A stretch of DNA of 64,000 nt, from positions 4,096,001 to 4,160,000 of the forward strand of contig OZ242296.1 in NCBI GenBank assembly GCA_965207735.1, given 5' to 3'. This DNA is from Candidatus Versatilivorator sp. (GTDB lineage: Bacteria > Acidobacteriota > Terriglobia > Versatilivoradales > Versatilivoraceae). The notes beneath the pieces are model-generated. The model was not told the origin of the DNA. It saw only the letters and a list, made by a program, of their open reading frames with translations, and did not search any database. This document shows, in pieces, positions 27,949-36,464 of the stretch (its first letter is position 1; each line of letters starts with the position of its first letter). Made by a program: the position numbers and the translations under genes.

Positions 27949-29382
27949 ATGGAATTTGCCGCTTACGATCTTGACGACGGGATCTACGACGAGATGCTGC
28001 AGTCGAACGGGGAGCCTCGGGAGCATTCCCGATTGCTCTACGAGACCCTGTGCCAGCTCTCCAGCGAAGATATTGGCAGCATTCAGGAACGGGTCACCCG
28101 CTCCTTTTCGAACGAGGGTATCTCCTTCACGGTCTATGGGGACGCCGAAGCCAACGAGCGCATTATCCCAGTCGACTGCCTGCCCCGGATCCTGCCGGCT
28201 GCCGAGTGGAGGCATCTTGAAATCGGTCTGACGCAACGCCTCGCAGCCCTGAACCGCTTTCTGGATGATGTCTACGGGAAGGCCCGCATCATTGGTGACG
28301 GTGTGATTCCGGCTGACGTCGTGCGTGGCTGTCCCCAGTACCGCGGCGAAATGTGCGGCGTCTCCGTACCTCACGGAACCTGGGTGGCTGTCTGCGGCAC
28401 CGATCTGGTGCGCACCAACCAGGGATTCCAGGTGCTGGAAGACAACCTGAGGGTCCCCTCGGGCGTTTCCTACATGATCGCAAACCGCAAGGTCGTCAAG
28501 ACCAGTCTGCGCCGGCTGTACCGAAGTTCCCGGGTGCGGGGGGTCGAGCACTATGGGCGGCTGCTGCAAGAGACGCTGCGCGAGCTCTCCCCGAGCGGCC
28601 GTAACGACCCCTGCATCGCGCTACTCACGCCGGGAGTCTACAACTCGGCCTTCTACGAGCACATGTTCCTGGCCCGGGAGATCGGCGCGGAACTGGTGGA
28701 AGGCCGTGACCTTCTGGTCAACGGCGGTTTCGTCTACATGCGCACCACCACCGGACTGCGGCGCGTGGACGTGGTCTACCGGCGGGTCGACGACGACTTT
28801 CTCGATCCCCTGGTCTTCCGCGAGGACTCCCTGCTCGGTGTCCCCGGGCTGATCCACGCCTACAAGCTCGGCAACGTGGCCGTCGTCAACGCCCCCGGAA
28901 CGGGAATCGCAGACGACAAGAGCGTCTACGCTTATGTCCCCGACATGATTCGCTACTACCTGTCAGAGGAGCCTATCCTGGCCAACGTCCAAACGCATCT
29001 CTGCCGGCGGCCGGAGGATCTCGAGTACACCCTCGACAACCTGGAGAACCTGGTGGTGAAGCGTGTGGGCGAGTCGGGGGGCTACGGCATGCTGGTCGGT
29101 CCCCACTCAACCCCCGAGGAGCGCGAGGCCTATGCCGAGCAAATGCGGGCCAACCCGGCCGACTACATCTCCCAGCCGGTGCTGCCGCTGTCACGCGCAG
29201 CCTGCCTGGTCGAGGGCCGTCCCGAGCCCAGGCACGTGGACCTGCGCCCCTTCGTGCTTCACGGGACCACGACGCGTCTCGTGCCCGGAGCATTCTGCCG
29301 GGTAGCCTTGCGCCGCGGCAGCCTGGTGGTGAACTCCAGCCAGGGAGGCGGCGGCAAGGACCTCTGGGTATTGGAAGATTGA
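27949..29382 (+). CDS. Circularly permuted ATP-grasp (type 2) protein
   Basis: YDEM, VLEDNLRVPSGVSY, LTPGVYNSAFYEH, RVDVVYRRVDDDFLDP, GESGGYG, HVDLRPF and VVNSSQGGGGKD. Confidence 0.92.
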   Translation: MEFAAYDLDDGIYDEMLQSNGEPREHSRLLYETLCQLSSEDIGSIQERVTRSFSNEGISFTVYGDAEANERIIPVDCLPRILPAAEWRHLEIGLTQRLAALNRFLDDVYGKARIIGDGVIPADVVRGCPQYRGEMCGVSVPHGTWVAVCGTDLVRTNQGFQVLEDNLRVPSGVSYMIANRKVVKTSLRRLYRSSRVRGVEHYGRLLQETLRELSPSGRNDPCIALLTPGVYNSAFYEHMFLAREIGAELVEGRDLLVNGGFVYMRTTTGLRRVDVVYRRVDDDFLDPLVFREDSLLGVPGLIHAYKLGNVAVVNAPGTGIADDKSVYAYVPDMIRYYLSEEPILANVQTHLCRRPEDLEYTLDNLENLVVKRVGESGGYGMLVGPHSTPEEREAYAEQMRANPADYISQPVLPLSRAACLVEGRPEPRHVDLRPFVLHGTTTRLVPGAFCRVALRRGSLVVNSSQGGGGKDLWVLED

Positions 29383-29549
29383 ATGGGGTTGGCGCGGGAC
29401 GTCCGGCAGCCTGGCGGAAGCTTCTACGCCGCCAATTCAACCAGGGAAATCGATTTCTGCTGAATAATCTCTTGCGGAAGCAGTCGGAAGTAGATGTAGA
29501 GTACGGTTAATCGTCTCGCCGTTACCACTCGAACGGTCAGGAGGTATCT

Positions 29550-30944
29550 ATGCCGAAAAAAGCGATGAATGGGTTCTGGAATCATGGCCGCGCCGGCAAG
29601 CTGGCGGGAAAGACGCTCCTCCTGGTTGGCTGCCTGTTGCTTGGAACCACGGCCGCGCAGGCAGCGGTCGAAAGCGAAGTTATGTTCGTCTTCAACACCT
29701 TTTCCTTTCTGATCTGGGGCGCCCTGGTGATGTGGATGTGCGCTGGATTCACCATGCTGGAATCCGGCTCGGTTCGCACCAAGAACGCCTCCATGATCTG
29801 TCTGAAGAACATCGGCCTCTACTCGATTGCCGGTCTGGCCTACTATTTCATCGGCTACAACCTCATGTACGTCGATGTGGGGAGCGTGATCGGGTCATTC
29901 AAATTCCTTTACGGGCCGTCGGAGGCCGAAGTCGCCCTGCTAGCCGCATCCGAGGCGGCCGCCCCCTCAGCCGAACTGATCAAGAAGGGCTACTCCACCA
30001 TGTCGGACTGGTTCTTCCAGATGGTCTTTGTGGCCACGGCTGCCTCCATCGTATCGGGCACACTGGCGGAACGGGTCAAGATGTGGCCGTTTTTCCTCTT
30101 CACGCTGCTGCTGACCGCCATCATCTATCCCATTGTGGGCGCCTGGACCTGGGGCGGCGGCTGGCTGGATGCAATGGGCTTCAAGGACTTTGCCGGATCC
30201 ACCATCGTGCACGGCACCGGGGGTTGGGCGGCGCTTGCGGGCGCCATGGTAATCGGGCCCAGGTACGGCAAATTCCCCAAGGACGGCACCATCAAGGCCA
30301 CCCCGCCTTCCAACATCCTGGTGGTGACCTTGGGGGTTTTCATCCTGTGGTTCGGATGGTTCGGCTTCAACGGCGGCTCACAACTGGCGCTGGGGAGCGC
30401 AACTGACGCCATCGCCATGAGCCATGTGCTGGTCAACACCAACCTGGCGGCAGCCGCCGGAGTCATGACGGCCCTGGCTTTCTCGCGGACCATCCTGGGG
30501 CGCATGGATCTGTTTGCCGGACTGAACGGGGCCATTGCGGGGCTGGTCTCGATCACCGCCGCACCCGACATTGTGGAGCACCACTGGGCCGTGATCATCG
30601 GCGCCGTCGGAGCCATCATCTGCACCGCCGGACTGAAATTCCTGGAGAAAGTCAAGCTGGATGACGTGGTGGGAGCCGTGCCGGCCCACCTGTTCGCCGG
30701 CATCTGGGGAACTCTGGCGGTCTGTATCGCCGGGGGCGGCAATCTCGGTGTGCAGCTGATCGGCATCCTGGCCATCGGCGCCTTCGTGTTCGCCAGCTCC
30801 TGGGTGCTGTGGCGCCTGCTGGATCTGATCTTGACCGCTCGCGTGACCCGCCAGGTCGAGCAGCTGGGACAGGACGCCGGGGAATTGGGGATCGAAGCCT
30901 ATCCGGAGTTCGTGCTCATGCCGGAAGAGGAAGATCGGGACTGA
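29550..30944 (+). CDS. amtB: Ammonium transporter (Amt family)
   Basis: FFQMVFVATAASIVSG..AER, DFAGSTIVH, WFGWFGFNGGS and DDVVGAVPAH; about 11 TM helices; AGGAGG RBS. Confidence 0.93.
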   Translation: MPKKAMNGFWNHGRAGKLAGKTLLLVGCLLLGTTAAQAAVESEVMFVFNTFSFLIWGALVMWMCAGFTMLESGSVRTKNASMICLKNIGLYSIAGLAYYFIGYNLMYVDVGSVIGSFKFLYGPSEAEVALLAASEAAAPSAELIKKGYSTMSDWFFQMVFVATAASIVSGTLAERVKMWPFFLFTLLLTAIIYPIVGAWTWGGGWLDAMGFKDFAGSTIVHGTGGWAALAGAMVIGPRYGKFPKDGTIKATPPSNILVVTLGVFILWFGWFGFNGGSQLALGSATDAIAMSHVLVNTNLAAAAGVMTALAFSRTILGRMDLFAGLNGAIAGLVSITAAPDIVEHHWAVIIGAVGAIICTAGLKFLEKVKLDDVVGAVPAHLFAGIWGTLAVCIAGGGNLGVQLIGILAIGAFVFASSWVLWRLLDLILTARVTRQVEQLGQDAGELGIEAYPEFVLMPEEEDRD

Positions 30945-31116
30945 GGCGCACGTAGCGGGCGCGGATGGCTCCTTTCCGGAGACGGCTTGAATCCTTGTCG
31001 GAACCGCGGGATTTCCGGCCGCTACCTTCATAACGGACAGCGCCCGGCAAAGCGTGGTTTCCCGACGAGTTGGAGCCGAAGCGGAGACCGGATCCGTTTT
31101 CTATTGGAGAGGGATC

Positions 31117-32085
31117 GTGCTTTCGCGCAGCGCGCAGGGCCTTTACTGGATGGGCCGGTACCTGGAGCGTGCCCAGCACCTCTGCCGCCTGCTGCAACTA
31201 CAGGTGGAGGCCTTGGTGGACAGGCCTGTTTGGGAGATCCATCTCGGCTGGAGCAGAATCTACAACGCCTTGAACCGAGAGCCTCCATTCGGCGGCATCC
31301 AGTACGACAAGAGAGACAACTACACATTGGCCGATTCCTATACATTGGCTGGAGATCTCACCTTCGAGCGCTCCAATCCCGACTCGGTCTGGAACTGTTT
31401 CGCCCTGGGGCGCGAGAATGCACGGCAGATGCGCCACCGCATCAGCGCCGAGATGTGGATCTGTCTGAACCTGGCCTATCTGAGAATCCAGAAGTTGAGC
31501 ATCGAGGACATCTGGAAGACCTCGCCCGAGAATTTCTACTCGGAGACGGTGGAAGAAATTCATACCTTCTCGGGGGTCGCCGCCACGACCATGTACCGCG
31601 ACGAGGGTTGGCACTTCATGCAGTTGGGCCATTACATCGAGCGCGCCCAGCTTTCGGTCGCACTATTCCTGGCTCAGATGGCCACCGCCAAGCTCTACCA
31701 GGATTCCCCGGATGCGGACTGCACGGCCCTGCTACGCCTCTACCATGCCTTCGACGCTTATGACCGCAAGCACAGCGTCGAAATCCAGCCCCACCAGGTG
31801 CTGGACCTGCTGGCCGCCGACCCCCTGCTGCCCAACTCGCTCTGCCGCTCGTTGGACTCCGCCGCTGGAGAACTGGCTGCCATTGCTCATGGGCCGAGCG
31901 CGTCCAGCAGTGCCGCCGCCAGGCGGCTGGCAGGCCGCCTTCAAGCCCTGATCCGACATGAATGGCCCGATCGGCAAGATCGTGAGGCCATGCTTCGGCA
32001 GATCGGCGAGCATTGCCGGAACCTCCACAATCAAGTCATGGCCGCTTACATCGACTACAGTGTCGACGACGCCCCCGTGCACTAA
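31117..32085 (+). CDS. Alpha-E (DUF403) domain protein
   Basis: MLSRSAQGLYWMGRYLERA, RENARQMR..IS.EMW and GWHFMQLGHYIERA (two ER motifs). GTG start after GGAGAGGG. Confidence 0.9.
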   Translation: MLSRSAQGLYWMGRYLERAQHLCRLLQLQVEALVDRPVWEIHLGWSRIYNALNREPPFGGIQYDKRDNYTLADSYTLAGDLTFERSNPDSVWNCFALGRENARQMRHRISAEMWICLNLAYLRIQKLSIEDIWKTSPENFYSETVEEIHTFSGVAATTMYRDEGWHFMQLGHYIERAQLSVALFLAQMATAKLYQDSPDADCTALLRLYHAFDAYDRKHSVEIQPHQVLDLLAADPLLPNSLCRSLDSAAGELAAIAHGPSASSSAAARRLAGRLQALIRHEWPDRQDREAMLRQIGEHCRNLHNQVMAAYIDYSVDDAPVH

Positions 32086-32089
32086 TTCC

Positions 32090-33016
32090 ATGGCTGAAGC
32101 CGTCCACTACGACATTGAGCACCTCTCCCGCTACCGCTACAACCGCAGTCCAAAGCAGTGCGTGATGATGCTCTGTCTGAAACCTCGAGACGACCGGGGG
32201 CAGCGAGTTCTGAACTTTGAAATCGAAACCGACCCGGCCGTTATACTGACCTCCGAGCAGGATTGTTACGGCAATACGCGACACGTCTTCAATCTCAACA
32301 GAGAGCATCAGGTTCTGGAGATCACCGCGCGGTCCACGGTCTCCCCGGCCCCCTTCGGTCCCCTGCCCCACTCCCTTGGCGCAGGCGCCTGGAACGAGAT
32401 CCAGTCGTGGAAGAACTCCTTCGCTCTCTGGGACTTTATCTACCCAAGCGTTCTGACTCGACCGTCATCCTTTCTTGACGAATTCGTCGACCGGCACGAC
32501 ATCCGGCCCGGGAACGATCCTCTGGAGGGGCTGATGCGACTCTCGGACACGCTGCACGGCTGCTTCCGTTATACTCCCGGAAGCACCTCGGTGATGTCCT
32601 CCATCGAGCACATCCTGAAATCCGGCAGCGGCGTCTGTCAGGACTACGCCCACACCATGATTGCCATCGCACGCTCCTGGAGCATTCCTGCCCGCTATGT
32701 CTCGGGCTATCTGCACCTCGCCGGTCTGGATGGCGAGCAGGCGCCGGCAAACGCCACCCACGCCTGGGTCGAGTGCCTGCTTCCGGGACTCGGCTGGGTG
32801 GGATTCGACCCTACCAATCGGTGCCTGGCAGACGAGCGTCATGTGCGCATTGCCGTAGGACGCGACTACAGAGATGTTTCGCCTACCCGCGGAGTCCTGC
32901 GAGGGGGCGAGAACGCCGGTATAGAGGTTGCCGTCAAGGTGAACGCCCGTGCAAATCCCCAAACCACACCGGAAGAGGTCATCGTGGACAGGGGCGGTGT
33001 CCTGTCTCGGAAATAG
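32090..33016 (+). CDS. Transglutaminase-like protein with Bact_transglu_N domain
   Basis: Cys-His-Asp triad in GVCQDYAH, ATHAWVE and WVGFDPTN; GRDYRDVSP. Confidence 0.92.
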   Translation: MAEAVHYDIEHLSRYRYNRSPKQCVMMLCLKPRDDRGQRVLNFEIETDPAVILTSEQDCYGNTRHVFNLNREHQVLEITARSTVSPAPFGPLPHSLGAGAWNEIQSWKNSFALWDFIYPSVLTRPSSFLDEFVDRHDIRPGNDPLEGLMRLSDTLHGCFRYTPGSTSVMSSIEHILKSGSGVCQDYAHTMIAIARSWSIPARYVSGYLHLAGLDGEQAPANATHAWVECLLPGLGWVGFDPTNRCLADERHVRIAVGRDYRDVSPTRGVLRGGENAGIEVAVKVNARANPQTTPEEVIVDRGGVLSRK

Positions 33017-33182
33017 GGTTGCCAAATTTCGGAGAGCAGGGTGCCGGAAACATGGATTTTCCGTTCGAGTACTCTGGTAAGCCCATTTTTGCTACACTAG
33101 AGCGTTCTTTGTGAGCAGCTAACTATAATGCGGGTGTCACGGCCAACCGGAGGTTGAACCTGACATCAAGGAGACGAGGCCG

Positions 33183-33518
33183 ATGGAGATTAGTACGGAG
33201 CGGGAAGGTACGCTCCTGGTTGCAAGGGCGGGAGGTCGCCTCGACAGTATCAATGCACGAGAGTTCGACGATGCCTTGAAATCCGCGATCAGCGAAAGCG
33301 ACCAGGTTTTGATTATGGATCTGGAGCAAGTCTCGTACGTCAGCAGCGCGGGCCTTAGGGTGATTCTGCTGACCGCCAAGACCCTCCAGCAAAGGAGCGC
33401 GAAGCTGCTGATCTGCTCGCTCGCGGAGCCAATTCGGGAGGTCTTCGAAATCAGTGGCTTCGACAAGATCATCCCGATACATGCAGATCTGGCCGCGGCA
33501 AAAGCCTCTATGGGCTAA
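33183..33518 (+). CDS. STAS-domain anti-sigma factor antagonist (RsbV/SpoIIAA-like)
   Basis: GRLD and VSYVSSAGLRV (phosphorylatable Ser); VFEISGF. Confidence 0.9.
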   Translation: MEISTEREGTLLVARAGGRLDSINAREFDDALKSAISESDQVLIMDLEQVSYVSSAGLRVILLTAKTLQQRSAKLLICSLAEPIREVFEISGFDKIIPIHADLAAAKASMG

Positions 33519-33685
33519 TGGCGATCGCCTTTCCGGCGGTCTGGCGGGGACGACTTCCCTTTTGACCGGGGTGATTTCGACCGGACCATGGTGCGCGAGG
33601 CAGTGCTTCCTCCCAAAATTGGTAGTCCGGCATTTGCAAGCAAGTTAGGCGTTTCGGGTAGAGCCATGGGATCCCCGGTAGGGGG

Positions 33686-34864
33686 ATGGACCAACAGATG
33701 AGTTGGAAATACAAGATACTGGTCGTGGACGATGAGCCTGATCTCGAACGGCTCATGCTGCAGCGAATGCGTCGCGATATTCGCGCCGGCCTCTACAAGT
33801 TCGTCTTTGCCCACAATGGCGTGGAAGCCCTCGACCTGCTGAAGGAACAGCCGGACATCGACCTGGTGCTCTCCGACATCAATATGCCCAAGATGGACGG
33901 ACTGACACTGATCGAGCAGATCCCCAAGGTCCAACCCGATATCCGCTCGGTGATCATCTCGGCCTATGGCGACATGAAAAACATCCGCACGGCGATGAAC
34001 CGGGGCGCCTTCGACTTTGTCACCAAGCCGATTGACTTCGACGACCTGAAACTCACCATCTCGCGCACCCTTCAGCACCTTGTCGAATGGCGCGAAGCTC
34101 TTGAATCGCGCGACAAGCTGGTGGCTTTGCAAAACGAGCTCGGCGTCGCCAGCAAGATACAGCAGTCCATCCTGCCCACCCGTTTCCCCGAAAGGCCCGG
34201 CTGCCGCATCTTCGCCAACATGAAGCCTGCCCGCAACGTGGGAGGGGACTTCTTCGACGTCATCCACCTCGCGGACGGCCGAATCGGCATCGCCATCGCC
34301 GACGTATCGGACAAGGGGGTTCCCGCCGCGCTCTTTATGATGTCCTGCCGCACGTTGATCAAGGGTGCGGCCATCGGCAAAACCGATCCCGGAGAAGTGC
34401 TGCACGAGGTGAACCAGTTGCTGCAGGAGGACAACGACGCCTCCATGTTCGTGACTGTTTTCTATGGCGTCTACGACCCCGACAGCCGGCGATTCCACTA
34501 TGCCAACGGAGGGCACAATTCTCCTCTGGTTGTGCATGCGGACGGAACCTCCGCCGAGTTGCCCCTGACCGGAGGCATCGCTCTGGGGTTGTTGCCTGAT
34601 CTCAACTACGATAACAAGACCGTGACCCTCGTTCCCGGGGACTTGATCGTTCTGTACACCGACGGTGTCACCGAGGCCTTCGACGAACAGGGGAACCAGT
34701 TCGGCGCCCAGCGCCTGCAAGAGGTCTTTGCAGGGGCTGAGCCGACAGATGTCAAAGTAGCCAACCGTTCCGTTTTCGAAGCCGTAGAGAAATTCGCCGG
34801 CGACACCCCGCAGTCCGACGACATCACTTGCGTGACACTCCTGCACGGTAGCGACGGCGGCTAA
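33686..34864 (+). CDS. Response regulator receiver fused to a SpoIIE/PP2C phosphatase (RsbU-like)
   Basis: ILVVDDE, SDINMPKMDG and FVTKP, then VGGDFFD, IADVSDKGVPAAL, YTDGVTEA and QSDDIT. Confidence 0.93.
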   Translation: MDQQMSWKYKILVVDDEPDLERLMLQRMRRDIRAGLYKFVFAHNGVEALDLLKEQPDIDLVLSDINMPKMDGLTLIEQIPKVQPDIRSVIISAYGDMKNIRTAMNRGAFDFVTKPIDFDDLKLTISRTLQHLVEWREALESRDKLVALQNELGVASKIQQSILPTRFPERPGCRIFANMKPARNVGGDFFDVIHLADGRIGIAIADVSDKGVPAALFMMSCRTLIKGAAIGKTDPGEVLHEVNQLLQEDNDASMFVTVFYGVYDPDSRRFHYANGGHNSPLVVHADGTSAELPLTGGIALGLLPDLNYDNKTVTLVPGDLIVLYTDGVTEAFDEQGNQFGAQRLQEVFAGAEPTDVKVANRSVFEAVEKFAGDTPQSDDITCVTLLHGSDGG

Positions 34865-34869
34865 TTCCG

Positions 34870-35277
34870 ATGCTTTCTTTGTGTCTCGAATCCCGACTCG
34901 AGGAGTTGCAACGACTCGAAGCGGCCGTTGAGGATCTTGGGGAGCAGGAGCAGTGGCCCCCAAACCTCCTCTACCAGGTCAAACTGGTTCTGGAGGAGGT
35001 GATCGTCAACATCATCAACTACGGCTACGAGGGAGGGGGGCACAAGATCGACGTCCACCTGATCTCCGAACCGGACATCCTCACCATTAAAATTGCCGAC
35101 GACGGCCGCGCCTTCGATCCACTGAGCCAGGCCCCGACACCCGATGTGGACGCCAACCTCGAAGACCGTCCCATCGGCGGGTTGGGCGTTTACCTGGTGC
35201 AAACCCTGATGGATGAAGCCCGTTACCGTCGGGAACAGGACAGAAATCATCTGACATTGGTCAAGCGGAGGGACTGA
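34870..35277 (+). CDS. Anti-sigma factor Ser/Thr kinase (RsbW/SpoIIAB-like)
   Basis: LEEVIVNIINYG, DDGRAFDP and GGLGVYLV. Confidence 0.9.
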   Translation: MLSLCLESRLEELQRLEAAVEDLGEQEQWPPNLLYQVKLVLEEVIVNIINYGYEGGGHKIDVHLISEPDILTIKIADDGRAFDPLSQAPTPDVDANLEDRPIGGLGVYLVQTLMDEARYRREQDRNHLTLVKRRD

Positions 35278-36464
35278 TGAGTCCGGCGCGCCGGATAGCG
35301 GCAGCGCTGCTGCTCGCCTTCGGCTCTCTATTCTGTTGGCAAACCGCGGGCTTGGCGCAAGAGGTTGGCGTCTATGAGAATCGTATCCTCTTTGGACAAT
35401 CGGCTGCCTTCACCGGACCCGCTCGAGAGCTGGGGCGGAACATGCGTCTGGGAATCAAAGCGGCCTTTCACGAGGCCAATGCGCGAGGCGGCGTTCACGA
35501 GCGGCAGCTGGAACTGCAAAGCCTCGACGATGCCTATGAGCCCGAAGCAGCCATTGACAACACCCACCAACTGATCCACACCCACAAGGTCTTCGCCCTC
35601 ATCGGAGCCGTGGGCACGCCGACCTCGCGCGCATCCACCCCCGTGGCCGCCAGCGCCGGAGTTCCATACATCGCGCCCTTCACCGGCGCCGCCTTCCTGA
35701 GGGAAAAAGAGTGGAAAAACGTCATCAACCTGCGGGCCTCCTACCGTCAGGAGATCGATACCATGGTCTCCCACTTGACCGACAAACTTGGCATCGACCG
35801 CATCGGCGTGATGTATCAGGACGATTCGTTCGGCCGTGACACCTACCGCAGTTTGAGACGCTCCCTGGGAAGACGTCAGCTCAAGCCGGTATCGGTGGGG
35901 GTATATCAGCGCAACACCACCGCCGTGAAGACGCCTCTTCTCGACCTGCGCGCCGAAAATCCCGGCGCGGTGATTCTCATCGGGGCCTACAAGCCGGTCG
36001 CCTCCCTGATCGCATGGGCACGCCACACCCGAATGAACGCGGTCTTCATGGCGCTCTCCTTCGTGGGGAGCAACGCCTTGTCCGAAGCGCTCGGTCCCGC
36101 CGGCGTCGGGGTATTCGTGACCCAGGTGGTTCCTCCGCCAACCGATACCACCTACCCCATCACCGCCAACTACAACCGCGCCCTGTGGGCCTTCGACTCG
36201 GACGCCACTCCCGGATTTGTCTCGTTCGAAGGCTACCTGGCCGGCCGCCTGGCCATCGCGGCCCTGGAACGTTGCGGCCGGGAGGTGGACCGAGCCGGCT
36301 TTCTCGACAGCCTGCGTCTCTCCGAACCCATCGATCTGGACGGGTTCGAGCTCCGCTTCGGTGACAGCGACAACCAGGGCTCCGATTCCGTATTCCTGAC
36401 CAGGATCGGCCGCGACGGTTACTATCACCCCATCGAGACGCTACGCATCGGGGTTCGACCGTGA
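35277..36464 (+). CDS. Periplasmic ligand-binding protein (branched-chain amino acid/LivJ fold)
   Basis: Signal peptide; FGQSAAFTGP, LDDAYEP, IGAVGTPT and NLRASY. No ABC permease nearby; overlaps the kinase gene (GTGA). Confidence 0.85.
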   Translation: MSPARRIAAALLLAFGSLFCWQTAGLAQEVGVYENRILFGQSAAFTGPARELGRNMRLGIKAAFHEANARGGVHERQLELQSLDDAYEPEAAIDNTHQLIHTHKVFALIGAVGTPTSRASTPVAASAGVPYIAPFTGAAFLREKEWKNVINLRASYRQEIDTMVSHLTDKLGIDRIGVMYQDDSFGRDTYRSLRRSLGRRQLKPVSVGVYQRNTTAVKTPLLDLRAENPGAVILIGAYKPVASLIAWARHTRMNAVFMALSFVGSNALSEALGPAGVGVFVTQVVPPPTDTTYPITANYNRALWAFDSDATPGFVSFEGYLAGRLAIAALERCGREVDRAGFLDSLRLSEPIDLDGFELRFGDSDNQGSDSVFLTRIGRDGYYHPIETLRIGVRP

